A stretch of DNA of 64,000 nucleotides from Clostridia bacterium (GTDB lineage Bacteria > Bacillota > Clostridia > Oscillospirales > Acutalibacteraceae), in contig JAFULG010000002.1 of NCBI GenBank assembly GCA_017473435.1, positions 42,664-106,663 of the forward strand, read 5' to 3'. The notes below the pieces were generated by a model. It saw only the letters and a program-made list of their open reading frames with translations. It was not told where the DNA came from and searched no databases. Position numbers and translations under genes: made by a program. This document shows positions 21,143 to 30,900 of the stretch, in pieces (position 1 is the first letter of the stretch; each line of letters starts with the position of its first letter).

Positions 21143-21865
21143 ATGGCAGATTTTATTTCAAAAAGCTTGCTTAAAGAAAAAGCGGATGAATTTGGTGTTG
21201 AGCTCGATGAAAAGGCACTTGACCGCTTTGATATTTACGCAAGACTTCTTGTAGATTGGAACGAAAAAATCAACCTTACTGCAATCACCGAGCCTGATGA
21301 GATTGTTATAAAGCATTTTGTGGATTCATTAACTTTATTTTCTTCAATCAATATTCCCAAAGGCGCAAAGGTAATTGATGTAGGTACAGGTGCAGGCTTT
21401 CCCGGTGTTGCAATGCTTATAGCCAGACCTGACCTTGATATTACCCTTATGGACAGTACAAACAAAAAGCTTAATGTAATCAGAGACATCCTCGAAAATA
21501 TGGACCTTGAGGCAAATGTTGTGCATAAGCGTGCAGAGGAAGCGGGTCAGAGCAAGGATTTCAGGGAGCAGTATGATTTTGCGACAGCAAGAGCAGTCTC
21601 AAATCTTCGAGATCTTTCAGAGTTTTGTCTGCCCTTTGTAAAGGTAGGAGGTACTTTCATTTCAATGAAAAGTGCAAAGGCTGATGAAGAGATTGAAGAG
21701 GCTAAAAAGGCAATTTCAGTTCTTGGCGGTAAAATCAGAGAAAAGAAAACCTTTTCGCTTGATAATGCAGGGGAGAGAACAATAATTTTAATCGAAAAGT
21801 TTTCGTCAACACCCGGCAAATATCCAAGACCTTCGGCAAAAATGGTTAAGAATCCTATAAGATAA
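21143..21865 (+). CDS. rsmG: 16S rRNA (guanine527-N7)-methyltransferase RsmG (GidB)
   Basis: 240 aa with SAM-binding DVGTGAGFPG, directly downstream of mnmG. Confidence 0.95.
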   Translation: MADFISKSLLKEKADEFGVELDEKALDRFDIYARLLVDWNEKINLTAITEPDEIVIKHFVDSLTLFSSINIPKGAKVIDVGTGAGFPGVAMLIARPDLDITLMDSTNKKLNVIRDILENMDLEANVVHKRAEEAGQSKDFREQYDFATARAVSNLRDLSEFCLPFVKVGGTFISMKSAKADEEIEEAKKAISVLGGKIREKKTFSLDNAGERTIILIEKFSSTPGKYPRPSAKMVKNPIR

Positions 21866-21916
21866 TGCCGAAAAAGATAAGCTATAATAAAATAATGTAA
21901 AACGGTTTTTATGGAC

Positions 21917-21965
21917 AACCTTTCCTTACTGTGGTATTCTTTACAGCAAGGAAAGGTTTTTTGTT
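21917..21965 (+). terminator. Rho-independent terminator candidate after rsmG
   Basis: Arms aacctttccttactgt and acagcaaggaaaggtt pair at 15 of 16 positions, followed by a T-run at 21957-21962. Confidence 0.6.
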
Positions 21966-21977
21966 TGGAGGTTGTAT

Positions 21978-22820
21978 ATGATAACTGAAAAGCCTAGGTC
22001 GGCAGGACAGGTTTTGCTTATACCCAGTGAGATAATTTATCCCAATCCCAATCAGCCGCGAAGAAGTTTTGATCAGGAGGAGCTTGTAAATCTTGCGATA
22101 AGCATAAGAATGAACGGAATACTTCAGCCGATAACCGTAAGAGAAACGCAAAACGGTTATGAAGTTGTTTCCGGAGAAAGAAGACTAAGAGCGTCGCGAC
22201 TCGCAGGAATGTTATCAGTACCGTGTATTGTTATTGATGTAAACAGCTTTAAGTCAGCGGTATATGCTCTTATTGAAAATCTGCAAAGACAAAATTTAGG
22301 TTATTTTGAAGAAGCAGCAGCGATCGAAAGACTGATGAAGGACTTTGGTCTTTCCCAGGAGGAAGCGGCAAAGCAGCTGGGTAAAGCTCCTTCAACAGTT
22401 TCAAACAAATTGAGACTTTTGTCTTTGCAAAGTGAAGCAAGGAATTTACTTTGTGAGCACGGACTTTCGGAAAGGCACGCCAGAGCTTTATTACGTTTAC
22501 CGGAAGATAAAATATTGCCTGTGCTTAACAAAGTTATTGAAAGAAAGCTTAATGTTACACAAACTGAAGCTTACATAGAAGAGATTCTTTCAGAAAAGCA
22601 GGGAAACAGAACTACAAAAACAATGTTCAGCGATGTTAAAATCTTTCTCAAAACCATTAACCATGCAGTTGAAACAATGAAAAAAGCAGGCATAAAGGCC
22701 GACATCAAAAAAGAGGAGCAAGAAGAAAGCTATGTCTATCATATAAAAATACCTAAAAAGGAAATGTACAAGCCTCCTGTACAAGCTGATGGCAACACCC
22801 AAAGTGGTGATTCCATATAA
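21978..22820 (+). CDS. ParB/Noc-like N-terminal-domain protein (ParB paralog)
   Basis: ParB-box GERRLRASR and N-terminal IIYPNPNQPRRSFDQEEL. It sits at the position between rsmG and soj that noc occupies in Bacilli. The start is ATG 21978, with ggagg 6 nt upstream. Confidence 0.8.
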   Translation: MITEKPRSAGQVLLIPSEIIYPNPNQPRRSFDQEELVNLAISIRMNGILQPITVRETQNGYEVVSGERRLRASRLAGMLSVPCIVIDVNSFKSAVYALIENLQRQNLGYFEEAAAIERLMKDFGLSQEEAAKQLGKAPSTVSNKLRLLSLQSEARNLLCEHGLSERHARALLRLPEDKILPVLNKVIERKLNVTQTEAYIEEILSEKQGNRTTKTMFSDVKIFLKTINHAVETMKKAGIKADIKKEEQEESYVYHIKIPKKEMYKPPVQADGNTQSGDSI

Positions 22821-22853
22821 TCATATCTTTCTCTTTCACACCCCACAATGAGG

Positions 22854-22888
22854 AAAACCGCATCTTTATGGTGCGGTTTTCTTCTTTT
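22854..22888 (+). terminator. Rho-independent terminator candidate
   Basis: Stem aaaaccgca (22854-22862) pairs with tgcggtttt (22872-22880), followed by cttctttt. Confidence 0.6.
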
Positions 22889-22894
22889 CGTAAA

Positions 22895-22910
22895 TGTTTC
22901 ATGTGAAACA
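22895..22910. promoter_or_regulatory. parS centromere-like site
   Basis: TGTTTCATGTGAAACA matches the TGTTNCACGTGAAACA consensus at 15 of 16 positions. It lies in the spacer just upstream of soj-spo0J. Confidence 0.75.
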
Positions 22911-23004
22911 ATTTATAAAAAATATAAAAAGCTCTTTAAAAACTGAATATATTGTGATATAATACTTGTCTAAACAAATATTTCTGATAAGAAAGGGTGA
23001 AACA

Positions 23005-23781
23005 ATGGGTAAAACTATAGCTATTGTTAACCAGAAGGGTGGCGTAGGAAAGACCACGTCTGCGGTAAACCTTGCTGCAGCTATCGGTTATTATGGATAT
23101 AAAGTGTTGCTTGTAGATATGGACCCTCAGGGTAATGCGACAAGCGGACTTGGTATAAATAAAAGAGAAATTGTCAAATCTACCTATGATATGACAGTAG
23201 GGGACACAAAAGCGGCAGAAATACTCAAAACCACACCTTATGCCAATCTTAGTGTGTTGCCTTCAAATATGAATCTTGCCGGTGCAGAGCTTGAGCTGGT
23301 TGATATGGACGACCGACAGGTAAGAATAAAAAATGCACTTGCTCCCCTGAAGGCAGACTATGATTTTATCATAATCGATTGTCCCCCCTCGCTTGGATTG
23401 CTTACGGTTAACGTGCTTTGCGCAAGTGACAGCGTTATTGTTCCGATTCAGTGTGAGTATTATGCTCTTGAAGGATTGTCACAGCTAATGAATACAATCC
23501 GACAGGTAAAAAGACTCTATAATCCTTTAATTGAGCTTGAGGGTGTACTTCTGACGATGTATGACGGCAGACTTAATCTTACTCAGCAGGTAGTAGGGGA
23601 GGTTAAACGCTTCTTTCCGCAGAAGGTATACGGAAGCGTAATTCCCCGTAACGTGCGTCTTTCAGAAGCTCCGTCCTTCGGTAAGCCGGTATATTATTAT
23701 GACAGAGCCTCAAAAGGCAGTACTGCATACGATGAATTTGCGGTTGAATTTCTAAATAAGAATAATAAGAAGGTGAAATAA
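23005..23781 (+). CDS. soj: Chromosome partitioning ATPase ParA/Soj
   Basis: Deviant Walker A KGGVGKTT, IIIDCPPSLG and a ParA-type C-terminus. I prefer ATG 23005 over the track TTG 22966. Confidence 0.95.
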   Translation: MGKTIAIVNQKGGVGKTTSAVNLAAAIGYYGYKVLLVDMDPQGNATSGLGINKREIVKSTYDMTVGDTKAAEILKTTPYANLSVLPSNMNLAGAELELVDMDDRQVRIKNALAPLKADYDFIIIDCPPSLGLLTVNVLCASDSVIVPIQCEYYALEGLSQLMNTIRQVKRLYNPLIELEGVLLTMYDGRLNLTQQVVGEVKRFFPQKVYGSVIPRNVRLSEAPSFGKPVYYYDRASKGSTAYDEFAVEFLNKNNKKVK

Positions 23782-23782
23782 T

Positions 23783-24652
23783 ATGGCAAAAAAACAAAGC
23801 GGTCTTGGAAAAGGTCTTGATGCTCTTTTCCTTGACAATTCGACAACAGACGGTGATAAGCCGTTAAGACTTCCGATTACTGAAATTGAGCCTAACAGAG
23901 ATCAGCCCAGAAAGCATTTTGATGATGAGGCATTGCAGGAGCTTTGTGACAGCATTAAAATTCACGGTGTTATTCAGCCACTTGTTGTAAGACCTATTTC
24001 CGACGGCGGTTATCAGCTTATTGCAGGTGAAAGACGTTGGAGAGCATCCCGTATGGCAGGTCTTACGGAGGTTCCCGTAGTTATAAGGGAAATGGCTGAA
24101 AACGAGACAATGGAAATCGCTTTAATAGAAAATTTACAGCGTGAGGACCTTAATCCCATTGAAGAGGCAGAGGGCTTCCGCGTGCTTATGGACAATTATT
24201 CTCTTACTCAGCAGGAGGCAGCAGAAAGGGTAGGTAAGTCCCGCCCTGCAGTTGCAAATACAATGCGACTTCTCGCCCTTCCCGTAAAAACTCTTGATTA
24301 CGTGAAACAAGGCAAGATTTCCGCCGGTCACGCAAGGGCACTTCTTCCTCTTAACGAGGAAGCAAGAATCAACCTTGTGGCTGATGAAATCATCAGAAAA
24401 GGTCTTTCCGTAAGAGATGTTGAAAAAATGGTAAAGAATATCCTTTCCGACAAAAAGCACAAGGAAAAGGATGAGGAAAAGAAGAAGGAGAAGCGCGATC
24501 CCTTCTATGATGAGTGTGAAATTGCTATCCGCGAGGAGCTTGGCAGAAAGGCCGAAATTCACCTCAAATCCGCAAACAAAGGCACTATTGAAATTGAGTT
24601 CTTCAGCAAGGTAGATCTTCAGTCAATTCTTGAAGCTCTTGCAGGTAACTGA
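23783..24652 (+). CDS. spo0J: Chromosome partitioning protein ParB/Spo0J
   Basis: 289 aa with ParB-box GERRWRASR, an HTH region (LTQQEAAERVGKSRPAVAN) and a C-terminal dimerisation region. Confidence 0.95.
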   Translation: MAKKQSGLGKGLDALFLDNSTTDGDKPLRLPITEIEPNRDQPRKHFDDEALQELCDSIKIHGVIQPLVVRPISDGGYQLIAGERRWRASRMAGLTEVPVVIREMAENETMEIALIENLQREDLNPIEEAEGFRVLMDNYSLTQQEAAERVGKSRPAVANTMRLLALPVKTLDYVKQGKISAGHARALLPLNEEARINLVADEIIRKGLSVRDVEKMVKNILSDKKHKEKDEEKKKEKRDPFYDECEIAIREELGRKAEIHLKSANKGTIEIEFFSKVDLQSILEALAGN

Positions 24653-24674
24653 TATATAAAGGAGAGTAATTAAA

Positions 24675-25943
24675 ATGTTAGATATTAAGCTTATCAGAGA
24701 AAATCCCGAAAAAGTTAAGGCAGCCATGAAAACAAGAAATAAGGATATGGATGCTGTTGTTGACGAAATTCTTGAAATTGATGCTCAGGTAAGAGCAATC
24801 ACACAGAAGGCAGATGCTCTTAAGGCTGAGCAGAACGCAGCAAGCAAAAAGATCCCTCAGATTAAGAAAGAGGGTGGCGATATCAGCGAGATTATGGCTC
24901 GTATGAATGAAATCAAGGAAGAGGTAAAGAGCCTTGATGCTGAAAAGAACGAGCTTGCCGCAAAGCAGAAGACTATGATGTACGAATTCCCCAATGTTCC
25001 TTCAGAAACAACTCCCGTTGGTAAGGATGACAGCGAAAACGTAGAAATCCGCCGTTACGGTGAGCCCAGAAAGTTTGATTTTGAAGCAAAAGCACACTGG
25101 GAAATCGGTGCAGATCTCGGCATTCTTGATCCTGAAACTGCTGCAAAGGTAACAGGTACACGCTTCCATTTCTATAAGGGTCTTGGTGCAAGACTTGAAA
25201 GAGCTATCATCAGCTTTTTCCTTAACACTCACACTGAGCACGGCTACACAGAGGTTTTCCCTCCCTTTATGGTTAACCGTGCATCAATGACCGGTACCGG
25301 TCAGCTTCCCAAGTTTGAAGAAGATGCTTTCAAGCTTACAAACGACTATTTCCTCATTCCTACAGCAGAGGTTCCCGTTACAAATATGTTCAGAGACGAT
25401 ATCCTCGAGGGAGACAAGCTTCCTATGAGCTTCTGTGCTTATTCAGCTTGCTTCCGTGCAGAGGCAGGTTCTGCCGGCAGAGACACAAGAGGTCTTATCC
25501 GTCAGCATCAGTTCAATAAGGTTGAGCTTGTTAAGTTTGTAAAGCCCGAGGAAAGCTATGCTGAGCTTGAAAAGCTTACCAACGATGCAGAAAGAGTGCT
25601 TCAGCTTCTCGGTCTTCCCTACAGAGTTGTTGCACTTACAACCGGTGATATCGGTTTCTCATCGGCAAAGACTTATGATATTGAAGTCTGGATGCCTTCT
25701 TACGGCAGATATGTTGAAATCAGCTCCTGCTCAAACTTCGAGGACTTCCAGGCAAGACGTGCTTCGATCCGTTTTAAGAACGGTCCCAAGGAAAAGGCTC
25801 AGCTTGTACACACACTCAACGGTTCAGGCGTTGCTGTAGGCAGAACAACCGCTGCAATCCTCGAAAACTATCAGAATGAAGACGGAACAGTAACAATTCC
25901 TGAGGTGCTTGTTCCTTATATGGGTACTGATATTATCAAATAA
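24675..25943 (+). CDS. serS: Seryl-tRNA synthetase
   Basis: 422 aa with an N-terminal coiled-coil arm and class II motifs ([21 protein letters not shown]; GSGVAVGRT). Confidence 0.97.
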   Translation: MLDIKLIRENPEKVKAAMKTRNKDMDAVVDEILEIDAQVRAITQKADALKAEQNAASKKIPQIKKEGGDISEIMARMNEIKEEVKSLDAEKNELAAKQKTMMYEFPNVPSETTPVGKDDSENVEIRRYGEPRKFDFEAKAHWEIGADLGILDPETAAKVTGTRFHFYKGLGARLERAIISFFLNTHTEHGYTEVFPPFMVNRASMTGTGQLPKFEEDAFKLTNDYFLIPTAEVPVTNMFRDDILEGDKLPMSFCAYSACFRAEAGSAGRDTRGLIRQHQFNKVELVKFVKPEESYAELEKLTNDAERVLQLLGLPYRVVALTTGDIGFSSAKTYDIEVWMPSYGRYVEISSCSNFEDFQARRASIRFKNGPKEKAQLVHTLNGSGVAVGRTTAAILENYQNEDGTVTIPEVLVPYMGTDIIK

Positions 25944-25963
25944 ATTTTAGGGAGGTATTCAGA

Positions 25964-26800
25964 TTGTCAGCAATCACAAAACATAAAGACAATTTTCTAA
26001 AATACCGCTACCTTCTGAAGGAGCTTGTTATAAAGAACATCAAGCTTCAGTACAGAAATTCCGTACTCGGTATGTTCTGGACATTTTTACAGCCCCTTCT
26101 TACAATGGTGGTGCTTGCAGTTGTTTTCTCAAATCTTTTCGGAAAAAATTCGTCACAGGTAGTTAACTATCCTGTATATCTTCTTTCCGGTCGTTTGCTT
26201 TATGAGTTTTTCACCCAGAGTACAAAGCGCGCTATGCGCTCAATCCGTGCAAATTCATCTATTATAAAAAAGGTTTATGTTCCTAAGTATATTTACCCCC
26301 TTTCGGTGGTAATTTCAACCTTTGTAACATTTCTTATCTCCCTTTCCGTTCTTGCGATTGTTATTCTTTTCTTTAACATTCTTAAGAAAAATCCCGTTCC
26401 TGTTACATACAACGTCTTTTATGCAATCATTCCTATTATAATAATGTTTGTTTTCTCTCTCGGCGTAGGTATGTTTCTCGGAACACTCAATGTTTTCTTT
26501 AAGGATATAGAGAACTTTTACGATGTTTTCACCTTGCTTCTGTTCTATCTTACTCCCATTGTTTATACTGTGGACAGACTCGGTTTTCCAAAGGGCTCAT
26601 GGCAGGCACTTATGCTTAAGGCTAATCCTCTTTACGGAATGATTGAAATGTTCCGTGCCGCTGTTATTCACGGCGATAAGTTTATGGCTTATTTCAGTAT
26701 GAACCAGCTCTATTACACGTCAGCGGTAGCTATTGTTACACTTGTATTCGGCTTCATCGTATTTTACAAGAATCAGGATAAATTCATTCTTCACATTTAA
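25964..26800 (+). CDS. ABC-2 type exporter permease (TagG/Wzm-like, cell-surface glycopolymer export)
   Basis: 278 aa with multiple TM helices and the ABC-2 N-terminal signature region (YRNSVLGMFWTFLQPLL). TTG start 25964 has gggagg 8 nt upstream. Confidence 0.85.
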   Translation: MSAITKHKDNFLKYRYLLKELVIKNIKLQYRNSVLGMFWTFLQPLLTMVVLAVVFSNLFGKNSSQVVNYPVYLLSGRLLYEFFTQSTKRAMRSIRANSSIIKKVYVPKYIYPLSVVISTFVTFLISLSVLAIVILFFNILKKNPVPVTYNVFYAIIPIIIMFVFSLGVGMFLGTLNVFFKDIENFYDVFTLLLFYLTPIVYTVDRLGFPKGSWQALMLKANPLYGMIEMFRAAVIHGDKFMAYFSMNQLYYTSAVAIVTLVFGFIVFYKNQDKFILHI

Positions 26801-26814
26801 AGGAGGCGTCAACA

Positions 26815-27558
26815 TTGAAAGAATATGCTATTGAAGTAAATCATGTTAGTATGCTTTTTCATCTTAACAAAGAGCGTGTTGACAATGCCAAGGAATATTT
26901 TGTAAGACTTCTTACCAGAAGACTTACCTTTACTGAATTCTGGGCACTTAAGGATGTATCCTTCAAGATTGAAAAGGGTGACCGTGTAGGAGTTCTCGGC
27001 TTTAACGGAGCCGGTAAAAGTACATTGCTCAAGACTATTGCAGGCGTTCTCAAGCCTACAACAGGCAGTGTCAGGGTCAGCGGTGTAATTGCTCCATTGC
27101 TTGAGCTGGGAGCCGGCTTTGATCCCAATTATTCCGGAGCGGAAAATATTTACCTGTACGGTGCTACAATGGGATTTTCTCGTAAATTCATAGATGAAAA
27201 GTTTGACGAGATTGTTGAATTTTCCGAATTAGAAGAATTTATGGATGCTCCCCTTAAAAGCTACTCTTCAGGTATGAGAAGCCGTCTCGGCTTTGCCATA
27301 GCTACAGCGGTTCAGCCTGACGTGCTCATTCTTGACGAGGTGCTTTCTGTAGGTGACGCTGCTTTCAGGGCAAAGAGTGAACAGCGAGTGCTCGACATGA
27401 TGACAGAGGGTGTTACGGTGCTTTTTGTTTCACATAGCACAGAGTCCGTAAAGCGCATCTGCAATAAGGCAATTATTCTCACCAAGGGTCAGCTTGTTGC
27501 CGAGGGTGAGGTAAATGAAATCTGTGAAATTTACACGGAAATGATAAACGGGCGATGA
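26815..27558 (+). CDS. ABC exporter ATP-binding protein (TagH/Wzt-like, short form)
   Basis: 247 aa with Walker A GFNGAGKSTLLK, signature YSSGMRSRLGFA and Walker B VLILDEVLSVGD. TTG start 26815 has aggagg 8 nt upstream. Confidence 0.9.
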   Translation: MKEYAIEVNHVSMLFHLNKERVDNAKEYFVRLLTRRLTFTEFWALKDVSFKIEKGDRVGVLGFNGAGKSTLLKTIAGVLKPTTGSVRVSGVIAPLLELGAGFDPNYSGAENIYLYGATMGFSRKFIDEKFDEIVEFSELEEFMDAPLKSYSSGMRSRLGFAIATAVQPDVLILDEVLSVGDAAFRAKSEQRVLDMMTEGVTVLFVSHSTESVKRICNKAIILTKGQLVAEGEVNEICEIYTEMINGR

Positions 27559-27590
27559 ATAGCCCCTCAGTTAGATCTTACGGTCTGACA

Positions 27591-27618
27591 GCTCCCCTTT
27601 CAGGGGAGCAATTTTTTT
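27591..27618 (+). terminator. Rho-independent terminator
   Basis: gctcccct-ttc-aggggagc followed by aattttttt. Confidence 0.75.
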
Positions 27619-27749
27619 ACCTCTCCTGAAAGAGAAGGGGGACCACGAAAGCGGTGGAGGGGTCAATGTCAATTTAACCAAAGGCAAATTAACATTTTCG
27701 TCACAAGACACAATTTTTTAATAATTATAAAAGTTTTTAAAGATTGATA

Positions 27750-27779
27750 TTGACTTTATTGATTTTAGAATGATATACT
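27750..27779 (+). promoter_or_regulatory. SigA-type promoter candidate for the 2,406-aa protein gene
   Basis: TTGACT (27750-27755), an 18-nt spacer, then TATACT (27774-27779) with an upstream TG at 27771-27772. This implies a leader of about 195 nt. Confidence 0.5.
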
Positions 27780-27980
27780 GATACTAACTAAAAGTGACTC
27801 AATATGCCTTGTTGCGCCCATTTTGCATTTTACACGGTCAGGTCAGGGACCGGCAAAAGGGTTTATAGGGCAGAAAAAGGGCACATAAGTTTCGTTCAGA
27901 CGGTTAATATTTTAAAGGTCGCAGCTGCGACCTCAAAGCCGTTTTATATAACGACAATTTTTGTTAAGGAGGAAATCTTA

Positions 27981-30900
27981 ATGAAAAATCAATTAAAGAA
28001 AAGTTTATCTTTTGTAATGGCAGTGTTGATGATACTGTCTTGTTGGGTGTGGGTAGCACCGGAGAAGGCTGAGGCGGCCGGTGCGTATACTGTTGTTGTT
28101 ACGACAGGCTCTCAGGGAAATGAGTATCCGAATCCGGCTGAAAATCAGCATTACGTAAATATTTATGACAAAAGCGGAAACTATAAGCAATTTAACTGGG
28201 TAAATGCCCAAGATGGAAAAACCGGCCCGGAAATTTTTGAGGTTGATTATTGGCCTGCAAAAATAGGCTTCCATATTGCTTCTAAAAATGTTGCTGCTGT
28301 TAGGATTACCAATATTTCAATCAACGGTGTGGAGATTTTTGCCGATGCTTATAATATGAAATGTACTGGTGCGGGCACGGATGTGTATGTGGCTCACAAA
28401 GATGTGGTTATCGAAGCCGGCGGCACCCTTGAAAGTTGGACTTTTTCAAATTGGAAAGCACCCTATTTTAAATCTCTCACTGAAATGAGCGCAACAGATG
28501 TAGATGTAGTAAAATATCCTTCAACATCAGTATCAACATCTACCGTAACCGTTACCGGCGGTCTTGACCAGTACGGTGTACTATATGATGGTACAAAGCC
28601 CGGTACAGGCTATACGCATACATTAAAGTATACAACAAATCTTGGCGATATGGTTTCTCTTGATTCCAAGTATGCCAGGATTACAAGTGCTTCAGGAGCA
28701 AGTCCCGTAACAGTAACTGTTTATCCGGAGATTCAGAAGCTTTTTGAAGTTACCGGTTCTACAGAAATTTATCTTGAGTCTTATTATAACAGTGACACAA
28801 AAAGTGTTATACATACACCGATAATGTTACATTTCCCCAGATACTCCGCCTACTTCTATCCTAACGGCGGTACTATCGGTACAAGTAAAACAAATAATAC
28901 CTCCGATGACGCTAAGCCTCTCGAATACGGAAATATTCTTTACGGCGCTTTTATAAAGCAGTTACCCAAATATGCTGACAGAAGTTCAGAGGGTCTTGAG
29001 CTTGACGGATATTACAGCCAGAAATATGAGCCCTCAAGAGCTTTGAAGACTCACTTTGATGAAAAGCTCAAATATGACCCCGATAACTCTAAGATTGATG
29101 ATAAGGGTAATTCACATTGGTATGCAGCCTGGAAAGCAAAGACATATAAAGCTACCTTCAGAGTAAACACAAATATGCTCGGACAGCTTGACGCAAAGCA
29201 CGGCAAGGCCATGCTTGATGAAGGAATGTATGAAAGTGTGGCTGCAATTAACAGTATGCTTGCATCTGCATATGAATCAGCAGATAAGGACGCAATTAAA
29301 TTTGAAAATACTGCTAACTTTGGCCGAGCTCCCGTATTTGAGGATAATGTTTTTGTAGGTTGGAGAATGTTAAAGTCTGACGGTAGCCTTTTAGATCTTC
29401 AGAACGAAGTGATTACCGGCGATGTAGTTTTTGAGGCTGTTTTTGCAACAAGAGATGAAGCGGAAAAGAAATATACAACAACCTTCTATGACGGTAACGG
29501 CGGAATAGCAAAGCAGGAGACTCTTCCTTTCCGTTCTCTTGCAAAAGCTCCCGTAATCGCGGATAAGGAAGCTGATGTTAAGTATACTTATGAGTTTGCA
29601 GGCTGGGCAAAGAATGTAGGAAAAAAATTCTACACAGTTGATGCTGAGGGTAAGGACGAAACAGGAGCTTTCATTCCTTATATGCCTTACGATACAGCCG
29701 AATTTGTTGTAACAGAGGACGCATCCTATGTTCCTGTATTCAGAATGACAAAGATACCCTATAAGGTAACCTTTAATTTCAGAGGAAACATCGGCGAGAA
29801 TTATACAACCCAGTCGGTTGTAGTTGACGGTTACCATTACGGTGATCATATTACTGTACCCGAAACCGTAAAAACAAATTACACTTATAACGGAAAGAGA
29901 TATAATCTTACAGGCTGGAAGCAGGGCCTTAATGAGGTTGATATTGACGAAATTACCGTTACCGGAAATATGTCATTAAACCCCGTTTATGATAATGGCG
30001 CGGATGCTGTTTATACCATCAAATTCTATGATAAGGATAATAATCTTATCGGTGCAGAATATGATGACGAAGGAAACCTTATTAACGCTACTAAATATGA
30101 ATATATTCACAACGCAAGTGTAACCGTACCTGAGATCCCTATAACAATTGAAACCGAAACTTCACGTTATGTATTTGACCGCTGGTCATCAGAAGTTGCT
30201 GTTCAGGCAAAGGCTGATGCGGAATACAAGGCAATTTACGATAAAAAAGATTATGCGGATATCAGCTTTGAAAAAGCTGACGGAACTCCTATTTACAGCA
30301 TGTCAGGTAAAGAAAACAGCCAGTTTGTCGGTGATGTTATACCTGAATATGATGAAGAAACTTACGGCGCTCCCCAAAAGAATGCCGATGAAATCGGTTC
30401 GTATGAGTGGGTAGGTTGGGAAGATCAGAACGGTAATGAGGTTATTCCCGGTACAACAGTGCTTACCGGAAATACCATACTCAGACCTTTATACGAAATA
30501 ACCAAACATAAGTATACAGTTGAATTTGTAATTCCCGGTGAAGAAGGCAACCCGGATTTAGTTGTTTCTAAAGAAACTTATGAATACCGTGACAAGATAA
30601 CCGTTCCTGCTGATGCAGACGTTAAAAAAGAGGCAGATGATTATTATACCTATACTTTCTGGCAGTGGGATCCTGCTGTATCAGAAAACTGTTACGGTAA
30701 CGCAACTTATAGAGCAGTCTTTAAGAAAAAACCTATTTACTATACAGTTAAATGGCTTACAGATGCCAAGAATCTTTACAGAACAACACGAGTTGCATAC
30801 GGTAAAAAAATTCAGCAGACCTCAACACCTGAAACAGAAAGATTAGGTGCTGCTCCTACAGGTTACACCTGGGCGCTGAAGGAATGGATTCGCTGTAATG

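Noticed and set aside
24294-24309. A second parS inside spo0J (TTGATTACGTGAAACA).
   Set aside because: Only the right half-site matches, with 4 mismatches in the left half. It is probably a degenerate relic.
24653-24674. A T-box leader upstream of serS.
   Set aside because: The spacer between spo0J and serS is only 22 nt, which is far too short for a T-box riboswitch.
27804-27980. The track extends the 2,465-aa ORF upstream to ATG 27804 (MPCCAHFAFYTVRSG...).
   Set aside because: There is no Shine-Dalgarno before 27804, and the ATG would sit only about 18 nt from the predicted transcription start. The 59 extra residues precede rather than form a signal peptide. ATG 27981 has AAGGAGG at ideal spacing and a textbook signal peptide.
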